Source: Candidatus Latescibacterota bacterium | GTDB taxonomy: Bacteria > Latescibacterota > UBA2968 > GCA-2709665 | Assembly: GCA_965219995.1 (NCBI GenBank) | Contig: CBDCOX010000002.1 | Span: forward strand, 4,992,001 to 5,056,000 | DNA: 64,000 nt | Direction of reading: 5' to 3' | Shown here: one piece after another, positions 20,075 through 29,632 of the stretch | Layout of the letters: each line of letters begins with the position of its first letter | Position numbering within the stretch: position 1 is the first letter of the stretch | Notes under the pieces: generated by a model | What the model was told of the DNA's origin: nothing | The model's input: only the letters and a program-made list of their open reading frames with translations | The model's database searches: none | Program-made: the position numbers and the translations under genes

Positions 20075-21193
20075 CTATCCTTTCACGAATTCCGACAGTT
20101 TCCGGGCATAGGCCGCGTTGCCGTATTCCCTGAGGATGCGGTCCTGCGCACGCGCCGCGGCGTGTCTCCGCCGGGTGTCGTGGGCCAGCCACCATCGGGC
20201 CTTGTCCCGAAGTTCCTCCAGGTCGGTCCATGTGTCGATTTCAGTTCCGATCTCGAAGATTTCCTCGATGCCTGCCACGTGATCGGTGAGCATGAATCCG
20301 CCGCTGCCGGTGATTGCGGTGTCCCGCTGATTCAGGTAACCGTGCGCGTGGGGCGAGTTGTGCTGGTTGACGTTGATCTTCGAGGCCCTGTACACACCCG
20401 GAAGTTCCGTGTAGCTCCGGAATCCGCGATAGGAATACCGGGGCAGGTTTTCAAACGTGCCGAATCCCAGGCCGCCGTAAACGTGTACCCGTCCCAGATC
20501 CGTGAGCGCGGCGACCACGTCCTGCCGCAGCGCGCGCTGCTGCGGGAAGGGGATGGTGTGGGTGATCCGTTTGACCAGGTCTTCGGATTCCAGGTATTCC
20601 TCCGGACTGCCGCCTTCTTTTGTGTAGAGCGACATGATGGTGACGGAGAAGTCACACTCCTCGTGTCGCGCCGGTCTCGCGAGTCGATGCAGTTCCATCG
20701 CCGGCGGCGGATAGAGGAGGATGGCCCTGATACCGCGACTGGCGTAAACGTCCACGCTTTCTCTGCAACACGTGGCCGCGAATTCGAACTCCGCCGTAAA
20801 ATGAGGACTCCGCAGCAGGTCCCAGGGGTCGTCCTGGGTATGGGTGACTGTTTTGCACCAGGGGAATCTCTCCCGAAGTTCCGCAATGAGTCCGGGCGGG
20901 CGGTCGTCTTTGCTGAACCACCAGATGAGCAGTTCCGGTTCGTGTTCGATAATCGTCTTGAACAGGCCCTCCCGGAAAGCGCCGTTGTCCCTGTATTTCA
21001 GGTCCCACGTTTCGTGAGGAGGGATGATGTCGGCCTCCTCCTTTGCCAGCGCGATATCGGCCTCGAGACGGGCTTCGATACACCCGCGTGTGGGTTGATA
21101 CAGAACGTCGTAGCCAATGCTCTTGAATCCCTGCTGAATGCTCCAGAGGGACTGGCCGGGCAGGAATCCGCCCAGAAGGAGAACCTTTGGCAT
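20075..21193 (-). CDS. CgeB-like glycosyltransferase
   Basis: QDDP, YRASKINVNQH, NQR, GSGGFMLTD motifs of Glyco_trans_1_2. Confidence 0.8.
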   Translation of the reverse strand: MPKVLLLGGFLPGQSLWSIQQGFKSIGYDVLYQPTRGCIEARLEADIALAKEEADIIPPHETWDLKYRDNGAFREGLFKTIIEHEPELLIWWFSKDDRPPGLIAELRERFPWCKTVTHTQDDPWDLLRSPHFTAEFEFAATCCRESVDVYASRGIRAILLYPPPAMELHRLARPARHEECDFSVTIMSLYTKEGGSPEEYLESEDLVKRITHTIPFPQQRALRQDVVAALTDLGRVHVYGGLGFGTFENLPRYSYRGFRSYTELPGVYRASKINVNQHNSPHAHGYLNQRDTAITGSGGFMLTDHVAGIEEIFEIGTEIDTWTDLEELRDKARWWLAHDTRRRHAAARAQDRILREYGNAAYARKLSEFVKG

Positions 21194-21324
21194 TCGTGAA
21201 TCCTTTCAGTTCAGACAACGCGCCCGCTTCAGGGTTCATTAATCGCCGGGCGGCCGCATCAGGCCGGACCCGCCGCCTTTCGTTGATGGCCAAAGATAGG
21301 CGAATCGATATTCTCGCGAAAGAC

Positions 21325-21492
21325 CTAATGTCCTGTCCCGAAAATACCTCACCATTCTTCCGCCGATTCATCCCGTCTCGCAGCGTTGCCTTCGCTCGCC
21401 GACCTGGCCAGGTCGCCTGCGCTCTGGCGTCTTGCGAGCCGGGCGACTCGACGGCCGAATTCAGGCAACTTATTTCCGGGACAGGACACTAG
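21325..21492. mobile_element. ~166-bp MITE-like element, copy 2 (inverted relative to copy 1)
   Basis: CTAATGTCCTGTCCCGAAAATA ... TATTTCCGGGACAGGACACTAG. Confidence 0.8.
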
Positions 21493-21598
21493 GCAGCCCG
21501 GTGTGCCCGCCTCGCTTTTTGAGTTGCCCGATGCGGACTTTTGTCCTTATTTGCAATCACGAGCCTTCGCGAGCGGCCCATCGAACGGAGGTGATACG

Positions 21599-22459
21599 TT
21601 GACTACGGACACGGACCTGGCTGCGCCCCGTTCTTCATTGCGGGCATGGTGGTCGAACGACGGTCATCGCTTCCTGCCGCCGGCGCTTATCACCTTTATT
21701 CTCGTCGGCAGTCAGATTACGTTTGGCATTCTCGAGGGTCTGTCGAAAACGGCGTTGGCGATTGCGGTTGCCATTGGCGCGGAGGCCGTGCTGGGCTGGC
21801 TGCACGGAAGCCGCAAAGCAAATTTCGTGAGCGGATACATTACCGGAATCAGTGTGGGGATTCTGATCCGTTCGCTCTGGCTCTGGCCGTATGCGCTTTG
21901 CAGCGCCGTGTCGATTCTTTCCAAGTACGTGGTCCGCTGGCGCGGGCGGCATCTCTGGAATCCTTCCAATCTCGGCGTGTGCGCGGTGTTCTTCCTGGCG
22001 CCGGAGATGGCCGCCGGGCTGAGCGTTCAGTGGGGCAACGCCGTCTGGGTCATGCTGGTGATCTGGGTCTTTGGCTGGATGGCCGTTTGGCGGGTAAAGC
22101 GTTTGCACATCTGCCTGACGTACGTGGTGTCTTTCCTGGTGCTGGGGTTTGTTCGAAGTCACATGACGGGGCACGCGTATCTGGCCGGCATCGCTCCAAT
22201 TACGGGCCCGATGTACCAGCTGTTCATCTTCTTTATGATTACGGATCCGAAGACAACGGTGAAGTCCAGGCGGGGCCAGTGCTGGGTTGCGTTTTCCGTG
22301 GCGGCGGTCGAAGCGGTATTGCGTTTGCATGAACAGGTCTATGCCCCGTTCTATGCGTTATTCATTGTGGGGCCGGCTGCGAACGCGGCGGAGATCTGGT
22401 TCAAAGGGCGAGGCGCCGTTTCAACGGCAGGCGGAACCCGTGGCGAAGTCGGCGGTTGA
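21599..22459 (+). CDS. NqrB/RnfD-like (UnbU-like) integral membrane protein
   Basis: SKYVVRWRGRHLWNPSNLG, FMITDPKT; TTG start after GGAGG. Confidence 0.75.
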   Translation: MTTDTDLAAPRSSLRAWWSNDGHRFLPPALITFILVGSQITFGILEGLSKTALAIAVAIGAEAVLGWLHGSRKANFVSGYITGISVGILIRSLWLWPYALCSAVSILSKYVVRWRGRHLWNPSNLGVCAVFFLAPEMAAGLSVQWGNAVWVMLVIWVFGWMAVWRVKRLHICLTYVVSFLVLGFVRSHMTGHAYLAGIAPITGPMYQLFIFFMITDPKTTVKSRRGQCWVAFSVAAVEAVLRLHEQVYAPFYALFIVGPAANAAEIWFKGRGAVSTAGGTRGEVGG

Positions 22460-22487
22460 TTGTGCAACCATGCGCAAGGAGGTGGCA

Positions 22488-22799
22488 ATGAAAACGGAAA
22501 TTACGGGGAAGAACCTGGAGGTGTCCGGCCGCTTGCGGGAGTACATCGAAAAGGAAACAGAAAAACTGAGACAGTTCTATGAACCGATTCTGGACACGCG
22601 GATCACCCTGGAGCGGGAAAACCGGATGTTCCGGGTTGAGATTGTGGTGCACGTCCATAACCATACATTGAAGGCCACCGACGAACAGGATGTCATTCAT
22701 CCCGCGCTTGGCGGCGCCATCGACAAGATGGTCCGACAGCTCAAGCGCGTCAAGGAGAGACAACGCAGGCCGCGGGTGCCCGCGCCGGCACGCGACTGA
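22488..22799 (+). CDS. hpf: Ribosome hibernation promoting factor (short HPF/RaiA)
   Basis: ITGKNLEVSGRLREYIEK...AIDKMVRQLKRVK; AGGAGG RBS. Confidence 0.88.
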   Translation: MKTEITGKNLEVSGRLREYIEKETEKLRQFYEPILDTRITLERENRMFRVEIVVHVHNHTLKATDEQDVIHPALGGAIDKMVRQLKRVKERQRRPRVPAPARD

Positions 22800-22817
22800 G
22801 CGCCTGCAACTCGATCG

Positions 22818-22862
22818 AAACGCTCCCTGAACGGCGGCCGCCGCGGGAGCGTTTTCCTTTTG
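22818..22862. terminator. Hairpin terminator between convergent hpf and nnrS
   Basis: GAAACGCTCCC...GGGAGCGTTTT followed by a T-tract. Confidence 0.6.
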
Positions 22863-22867
22863 GTGGG

Positions 22868-24289
22868 TCAGGGCGTATCGGCACTGGCGCCGGCGCTGCG
22901 CCACGTCAGCCAGAGATTGCCGGCCAGTACTGCCGCCGCCGCCCATCCGAGCAGGCCGGAGAGGCCGAATGCGGTCATCGAGACCGGAAACCCGTAGGGA
23001 ACGCGATCCAGAATCTCCGCCAGGAGCAGAGGCGCAATGCGGCAGACCGCGGCAGCGGTCGCGAGATAGAACGTGACGACCACCAGGCCCGGAACGGCCA
23101 CGCCGCGTTTGTGGAGGAAGCCGGGTACCATTCGAGGCGCCATCCCAAGGAGAAGGAGGGTGATGAACCCCGCGAGATGGGTGTGGCGCAATGCATCGGG
23201 ATCGACGGGCGAGGGGAGTCGGAACAGAGCGAGCGCGCCATCCAGCAGTTCGGCCGCAGAGGCGAGGGCCAGGAAGACGAACGCGGCGTAGACAAGGCGC
23301 TCGAACCGGCCGAACTCCCCGTAGTCCGGCAGGCCCGGACGCGTGGGACGCCTGTCGGGACCGGGTTCGCCGATGCGATTTACGGTCCATGGAGGGTACC
23401 ACCGAAGCAGAACATCCAGTTTCCAGATGAAGAGAAGCATGATTCCGCCTCTCAGGACCTTTCCGATGGGCGAGAGATGAGCCAGCGTCGACGCGAAGGA
23501 CGTCTCGGCAAGTTGCGCCAGAACGGGCACGTGGATCAGAATGAGCGCGAGCAGATAGACCAGACCGTACCGGGCGACGGGCCAGCGGACGGCTGGCAGG
23601 CGCAGGTAGAGCGGAAACGTACGGACGGAAAACGCCATCGCCGTGGGAAGGATGACGAATCCGATGAATAGCTCAATGCCGAATCTGTTCCATGCGATGT
23701 GCAGCAGCGGGTTATCGCCAACGCTCGCGTGAACCGCGAGGGCGCCGGCGAGCAGTGAATACAGTCCCCATCCTGCAATCGCGATCACCAGGAAGATGCG
23801 CACCGTGTGGAGGGCAGGGCGATTCGGCGCCGCGCAGCGTAACGTAACGACCAGCAGCGCGATATAGCAAAAAACGCCCGTGGCTTCCAACAGCGCGGAG
23901 AAGCCGAACGCCCATCGCAGGCAGTCGCGGATCGGGCCTGCGGCGCCCGCGGCAAGCAGCGGCTGGGAAACGGCGCGAAGCAGGATGCCGGTGACAAGGA
24001 AACGCAAAATCCACGCCGGAAGCCGGGGATAGGGGAGCGGGGTGCCGGCCAGACGGGGCAGGAAGTAGAGGCTGACTCCAATAATGAAGAGGCCGATCCA
24101 ACCCAGAAGCTGCGCGTGTCCATGCGCCTGGAGCATGGCGACCCACCAGGCGCCCATGGAAATCTGAAAGCCGATCAATATAGCGAGGACAGCCGCATAC
24201 CCGAACCCGACCGTCAGCGCAATGAAAAGCGAGGCCAGCACAAAGCCGAAATGGAAATTGGAATGGTTGCGATTCGGGGTATCGGACAT
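22868..24289 (-). CDS. NnrS-family membrane protein
   Basis: QAHGHAQLLGW, DALRH...GF...GMAPRMVP; many TM segments. Confidence 0.75.
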   Translation of the reverse strand: MSDTPNRNHSNFHFGFVLASLFIALTVGFGYAAVLAILIGFQISMGAWWVAMLQAHGHAQLLGWIGLFIIGVSLYFLPRLAGTPLPYPRLPAWILRFLVTGILLRAVSQPLLAAGAAGPIRDCLRWAFGFSALLEATGVFCYIALLVVTLRCAAPNRPALHTVRIFLVIAIAGWGLYSLLAGALAVHASVGDNPLLHIAWNRFGIELFIGFVILPTAMAFSVRTFPLYLRLPAVRWPVARYGLVYLLALILIHVPVLAQLAETSFASTLAHLSPIGKVLRGGIMLLFIWKLDVLLRWYPPWTVNRIGEPGPDRRPTRPGLPDYGEFGRFERLVYAAFVFLALASAAELLDGALALFRLPSPVDPDALRHTHLAGFITLLLLGMAPRMVPGFLHKRGVAVPGLVVVTFYLATAAAVCRIAPLLLAEILDRVPYGFPVSMTAFGLSGLLGWAAAAVLAGNLWLTWRSAGASADTP

Positions 24290-24411
24290 GGTCAATGGAG
24301 TGGCTTGAGCGTCGCCTTTGTGTTTTTCGCAGGGCAATGGACCGGTTGCTTGCACTCATATTTATGTCCGCTTTCGGTATTCCGCAACCCTTTTTCCGGG
24401 ATGCAACAAGA

Positions 24412-24960
24412 GCGGTGAGACGCAAGACGGGAGAAGGAAGAAGGAAAAAGGAAGAATTAAGAATTAAGAATGAAGAATGAAGAATGAAGAATGAAATTGG
24501 GTTGGTCCTCGTGCGGTTTATCCATCGTATCCTGAAGGGTAGCCTGTCGGCGAACGAAAACCCGTTGGAACCGGGTTCTGGACGGCTCCAAGCTTCAAAT
24601 CTCCTTTTTTCTCTTGCGCGGGACCTACCCCCTAGCCCCCTTCCTGAGAGGAAGGAGGAACGGCGATGGGTCGATGGACTGGGCATGCAGATGTGCCGGG
24701 CTGGCGATTTCCTGTCTATCAGTGTATCAATAGATGACCGGCACGCGATGCCTGCTTTTCCTCCCCTCTCCTCACAGGAGAGGGTCCCTGCCTGACGGTG
24801 GTTTTTCGGCAGGCAGGGGGGAGAGGTCTGCGGGGCCGGGACGGGTTCGCATTTGGCTGACTGCAGTTGTTTTTCTTTGTGTCTTGGTGTCTTTGTGTGA
24901 GTTGATTTTCGCCTTTTGCTTCTAGCTGACTGCCGAATGCTGACCGCTGATCGCTGTTCT
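24412..24960. repeat. Mosaic of short repeats: partial GGTGAGACG unit, (GAAGAAT)n heptamers, REP hairpins, (CTTTGTGT)n and (GCTGA..)n modules
   Basis: GAAGAATTAAGAATTAAGAATGAAGAATGAAGAATGAAGAATGAA at ~24451-24495; the module at 24875-24955 resembles 42999-43066. Confidence 0.7.
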
Positions 24961-24981
24961 TAATGAAAGCTGGAGGTTTGT

Positions 24982-27318
24982 GTGACACCTCGAGTTCTGA
25001 ATTCAATCGTCGTCCTGTACCTGCTGAGCCTTGCAGGATGTTCGCCCCGGGAAACGGTGACCGTGTCCGGCGCGGTGAACCGTCCAGGAGACGTAACGCT
25101 TCGCCCGGGTTGGGGCGTGCAGGACTACGTGGCGGCCGCGGGGGGATTCCTGCCCGAGGTGGACACCGGGCGGGTCGCTCTGGTCCGGCATACGCGTGAC
25201 AGCGTTTCCGTCGGGACGCTTCGGAACGTGGGCACGTGGGCGGTAGAAGACGCGCCGCCCGTCGTATCCGGTGACCTGATCAGCGTTCCGTTGAAGGCAT
25301 ATCGCGTCCGTTTCGACTCCGTGCTCGCGGTAAGGAATCTGCGATTGAAATGGAAGGATCGCGTCTACGTCCTGGAACGCGGCAGAGCTGCGGTGGGTTC
25401 GACCGTTCGCGGGGCGGTGGCGGCAGTGTTCTTCGGAAAGGGCGAGGTGAGGGCGAGCGCTCCGGAGGAAACCGCAGGTCCGTTTCAGTACCTGTACGTG
25501 ACGATGCACCCGGACGGGCACGGCCTGCTGCGCCATGGGTTTGAAGGGATGCTTCACGATAGAGAGACGGCGGAGGACGCCGTGGCGCTGCATCGATTCA
25601 TGGCCAGGGCGTCCACGTTCAGGGCCGGCGAGCGGATGCATCTTCCACCCGAAGGCTATCTGCGGGTACAGGCCGGCCTCTGGCTCAGGCCGAAAAACGC
25701 GTCGTATCCCGGGAGAGGGGTACGGAAACGGCATTATAAGGATGGCAGGGTGTGGACGACGTATCCGGACGGCCGGCAGCGGTGGCGGTTTCCGGACGGC
25801 CGGGTCGTGATGCAGTTTTCCGGTTACACCCGGGAAGTGCGCTCACCGGACGGTTCGGTTCGATTCGAAAATGCGCTGGGAGGCGTAAGGACATCGTATC
25901 CGGATGGCAGGGTGGTATCTGAAGACGCCGACGGGAATCGGCACCGGGTGTACAGGGACGGACGTCAGGAGTGGCTGCGCGCTTCCGGGAACAGGATGAC
26001 GATATATCCCGATGGACGGCGGGTGCATCGGTTTGCCAGCGGTACGGCACGCACGGTACATCCGGACGGCATCGAGCGGACGGTATTCGCCGACGGGACC
26101 CGGCATGTTCGGTTTCCGGACGGAAGGGTGGAAGTCACGGCGCCCGGCGGGGCGAGAGAGACGCGGTATCCGGATGGGCGCGTTTCTGCAATCACGCCCG
26201 ACGGGCATCGGGTAAGGGTCTTCAAGGACGGCCGGCAGTTCACGCGGATGAATGACGGAACGACGGTCGAGCAGTTTCCGGATGGACGCAAGATACAGAA
26301 ACATCCATCGGGCGTGACGCTGAAGGTCTTCGCGGACCGGTCCAGGCGCACCGTGTATTCGGACGGCTCGGAAACGGTACGGCGTCCCAATGGCGTGCGG
26401 GTCGCTACGCTCGCCGACGGGACGGTGATCGAGGAGTTCCCGGACGGCCGGATCGTACAGACCGATACGTCGGGCGCGCGGCTGGAGTTTCTCTCGCCCG
26501 GCCGATATGTGGTCACGGACCTGGAGGGCAACCGCGTTGAGGCGCGACCTGACAGTACAGCCACAAAGCAGTTCGCGGAACCCTATCGATACCGCGGTTC
26601 GATCCGGCGTGACCTGATCCGGCTTGAGCGCGCGCCGGAGCGCATCTCTCCCGGCATGGAGGCGTCGGTCCGGGGTACTGTGGCCGATGCGGTCAAGGAG
26701 TTGTCAATGGCCGCCTTCGCGCTCCCGGATGGAGACGTCCTGGATATGTCTCTGGTATTCGAAGCCGAACGATTTTCGGGGTCGCTGCTGATTCCCGATC
26801 CGGGACACTATCGGTTGCAAGTCCAGGGGAAACTGGAAAACGGCGATGTTGTAATGCTGGAAGACCGCATGATGCGGGTCGGTAATCCGGTACCCCTCGT
26901 GAAGCCTGTCATCGAGATCGCGCTGTATCCGGGCGACGCGGCTGCAAGCCGCCGGCTGATGGAGATGGTGAACGCCGTGCGCGGGAGCAGGGGCCGCATG
27001 AGGCTGGACTGGGACGACGACCTGGCCTACGCGGCGGCGTCACACCTGAAGGACATGCTGGCGTACGACTCGGTTTCGCACTGGTCCCCTATGTACGGGG
27101 AACTGGTGAATCGCCTGAAACGTCTGGACATTTCGTTTGAGGTCGCGCTGGAGAACCTGGCGGCGGCGCCTTCGCTGGAAGAGGCGCACTGGCACCTGAT
27201 GTTGAGCGCGGAACACAGGCGAAATATCCTCGATCCGAGATTGACGCACATCGGAATCGCCGTGGCGCGCGAGCGGGGCCAGGTGTGGGTGGCCGAAATC
27301 TTCAAGCGGAGAGAATAG
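24982..27318 (+). CDS. Lipoprotein: SLBB domain + ~31 nine-residue PDG-type repeats + C-terminal CAP (SCP) domain
   Basis: Lipobox LAGC; VTVSGAVNRPG...DYVAAAGG (SLBB); repeated YPDG/FPDG; SHLKDM...SH...ENLA...LMLSAEHRRNILD...HIGIAV (CAP). Confidence 0.8.
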   Translation: MTPRVLNSIVVLYLLSLAGCSPRETVTVSGAVNRPGDVTLRPGWGVQDYVAAAGGFLPEVDTGRVALVRHTRDSVSVGTLRNVGTWAVEDAPPVVSGDLISVPLKAYRVRFDSVLAVRNLRLKWKDRVYVLERGRAAVGSTVRGAVAAVFFGKGEVRASAPEETAGPFQYLYVTMHPDGHGLLRHGFEGMLHDRETAEDAVALHRFMARASTFRAGERMHLPPEGYLRVQAGLWLRPKNASYPGRGVRKRHYKDGRVWTTYPDGRQRWRFPDGRVVMQFSGYTREVRSPDGSVRFENALGGVRTSYPDGRVVSEDADGNRHRVYRDGRQEWLRASGNRMTIYPDGRRVHRFASGTARTVHPDGIERTVFADGTRHVRFPDGRVEVTAPGGARETRYPDGRVSAITPDGHRVRVFKDGRQFTRMNDGTTVEQFPDGRKIQKHPSGVTLKVFADRSRRTVYSDGSETVRRPNGVRVATLADGTVIEEFPDGRIVQTDTSGARLEFLSPGRYVVTDLEGNRVEARPDSTATKQFAEPYRYRGSIRRDLIRLERAPERISPGMEASVRGTVADAVKELSMAAFALPDGDVLDMSLVFEAERFSGSLLIPDPGHYRLQVQGKLENGDVVMLEDRMMRVGNPVPLVKPVIEIALYPGDAAASRRLMEMVNAVRGSRGRMRLDWDDDLAYAAASHLKDMLAYDSVSHWSPMYGELVNRLKRLDISFEVALENLAAAPSLEEAHWHLMLSAEHRRNILDPRLTHIGIAVARERGQVWVAEIFKRRE

Positions 27319-27391
27319 GACAAAGGCGCGGGGCCGCTTGCAGACGTTTTCGCGCAGGCGCCTCGGGCCTGTACATATATGAGGATTTGCC

Positions 27392-29632
27392 GTGAGAATC
27401 GGACGTCGAACAATGTGTATCGCAATCGTCGTTATCTCATGGTGCAACGGCGGAATTGCGATTTCCGGCGCGCCGAAAGGCATCGACGAACGGTTCCGGA
27501 TCGCCGTGGAACGGCTGGGCCGCGTGCCCGTAAAGGAGAGCGTCCGGGAGTTCGAGGACGTGCTGGCGGAAAACGAGAGTTACGCACCGGCGTACGCGGA
27601 AATTGCGAAGTTGTATATGGCGTTGAATACGCCTCTGGACCGCCAGAGGGCCGAGAAGATGGTGCGCCGGGCGATTCGCCTGGACCGGGACAATTTGACC
27701 TATCAGGTTTTCCTGGGGGACCTGATGTGGCAGCAGGGGTTCCTGTCAAACGCAAAGCGCCAATATGAAGCGGTCCTCGCCCGAAATCCCGGGAACGCCC
27801 GGGCCGCGTTCGGGATCGGACAGTACTACGCGAAAGATTACATGAAGTATCGAAACATGATCGACACGGAGGGCAGCAGTCCTCCAGTGATATTGGAGTG
27901 GGGCCATTTCGCCAGGGAATATCGTGAACGGGCGATAGGCAACCTCGAGCGGAGCATCCTGCACGAACCCGGGTTCAAGGATGCCTACTATCAGCTGGGC
28001 CTGGTCTATATGGAGGATATGAAATCCGCTCCCGAGGCCGCGGGCAGAGCGCTGGTCAACGTTGCCGGCTCGCTGCTGAAGGAGTACCCCGGGGACAAGG
28101 ATGCAATGCTGTTTGTCGGACTGGGTTATCAGGTCGGCGGATATCCGGATAACGCGTGGGACTATTACGTCGGGTCGCTTGAGAGGATGAAATCGGAGGA
28201 ACGTTCGATCTTCGAATCCGTGGACATCGTGGCCGATGATGTAGAGCGGGCGCGAATCGCCGGAGCGGACTCGCTGTTGAATGAGGAGCGTGGACAATGG
28301 GTGGGAAGTGCCGAGCGGGAACGGTTCTGGCTGAAGCAGGACCCGTTGCTGCTGACCGAACGGAACGAACGACGAATGGAGCATTACCGGCGCGTGGCCT
28401 ACGCCAACCTGCGGTACAGCAAGCCGAGGCAAGGAATTGCGGGCTGGCGCACGCCGATGGGCAGGGTTTACATCAAATACGGCGACCCGCTCGGTCGGAC
28501 GGTCACGCGCCCTGAACTCGCACATCGCGGGCGCCTGGACCAGGCGCACACGGAACTGTGGGCCTACGAAGGCTTTTCCTTTCGATTCAGAAACTGGAAC
28601 GGACTGGATGGATGGCATTTTGACGTGAGTTCTCGTACCTTTCCGTCCGGGGAATGGACCCTCGGGCGCACGCCGCAACGATACGTGGATCCCTATCGGG
28701 AACTGAAATACAGCCTTCCGTTCCAGGCGGCCGCGTTTCGTGACGCAGGGAAGATACGCCTCGAGGTGGCCTATGCAATTGCAAAGGATCGTCTGGAGGT
28801 GTCCGATACGGGCGCCGTCGACCTGAAGGACGGGCTCTTCCTGTTTGACGGCGACTGGAATGAGGTTTCGCGTGCGGTGTACGATACCCGGCGTCTTGCG
28901 GACGTGGGTGTCGACAGCGTAAGGGGTCGGTACTTTCTCTCCGGATCGACGCTGATGGTCGAACCGGGGGACTACCGTCTCATCGCCGAGGTCCAGGACC
29001 GCAAGACACGTTCCATCGGGACGTTCAGGAACACGTTTGCACTGGCGGCGGAAGATTCCGCGCCCGCGATGAGCGACCTGCTGGTCGCAACCGACATCCG
29101 GATGGACGATCCGTTTCCGGAGCGGCGAACGGACCTGAAGGTGGCGTTGAATCCGCTGCACACGTTCTATCGGTCGGAATCGATGTACATCTACTTCGAA
29201 GTCTATAACCTGGAAAAGGATGACTTTGGACGGACGAAATTCGAAATCACGTATCGGATCGGGCAGCCGGACGAAAACGAGGTGATTCCCGCGCGATTCG
29301 TGGCAGTCGCGATGGCGGAGCCCCCGGGAAAGGTGCGCATTACTCTCGGACGAAGCCAGGAGGGCGACCGGGTCGAGATACGGGCGAATTATCTCCCTGC
29401 CAAACGGAACATGGTCTCCAGGACGCTTCGCAGATTTGACGGCGGTACCGGAGAAACCGCGGTTACCGTCCGGTACGAAGGAGACCGGACGGATGATTTC
29501 ACCTGGCTTCAAATCGATCTGCACAGCGTCCCTGAGGGCGTACACAGGCTGTCGGTTGAACTGAAGGACCTGAACCGGGAGGGTCAGGGAGACGATAGAC
29601 GCGTGTTGTTCCGCGTCATTGGAGACGAGTGA
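27392..29632 (+). CDS. Secreted TPR + GWxTD-domain protein
   Basis: TPR-like helices; FWLKQDP...NERRMEHYRRVAYAN...GWRTPMGRVYIKYGDP...ELWAY. Confidence 0.8.
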   Translation: MRIGRRTMCIAIVVISWCNGGIAISGAPKGIDERFRIAVERLGRVPVKESVREFEDVLAENESYAPAYAEIAKLYMALNTPLDRQRAEKMVRRAIRLDRDNLTYQVFLGDLMWQQGFLSNAKRQYEAVLARNPGNARAAFGIGQYYAKDYMKYRNMIDTEGSSPPVILEWGHFAREYRERAIGNLERSILHEPGFKDAYYQLGLVYMEDMKSAPEAAGRALVNVAGSLLKEYPGDKDAMLFVGLGYQVGGYPDNAWDYYVGSLERMKSEERSIFESVDIVADDVERARIAGADSLLNEERGQWVGSAERERFWLKQDPLLLTERNERRMEHYRRVAYANLRYSKPRQGIAGWRTPMGRVYIKYGDPLGRTVTRPELAHRGRLDQAHTELWAYEGFSFRFRNWNGLDGWHFDVSSRTFPSGEWTLGRTPQRYVDPYRELKYSLPFQAAAFRDAGKIRLEVAYAIAKDRLEVSDTGAVDLKDGLFLFDGDWNEVSRAVYDTRRLADVGVDSVRGRYFLSGSTLMVEPGDYRLIAEVQDRKTRSIGTFRNTFALAAEDSAPAMSDLLVATDIRMDDPFPERRTDLKVALNPLHTFYRSESMYIYFEVYNLEKDDFGRTKFEITYRIGQPDENEVIPARFVAVAMAEPPGKVRITLGRSQEGDRVEIRANYLPAKRNMVSRTLRRFDGGTGETAVTVRYEGDRTDDFTWLQIDLHSVPEGVHRLSVELKDLNREGQGDDRRVLFRVIGDE

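Noticed and set aside
21599-22459. Rnf/Nqr respiratory complex
   Set aside because: Only one distantly similar membrane protein is present; the other subunits are absent.
27746-29545. 599-aa minus-strand ORF (likewise 6952-8271, 43376-44932, 53620-55236)
   Set aside because: Shadow or alternate-frame ORFs of well-supported genes, expected at high GC.
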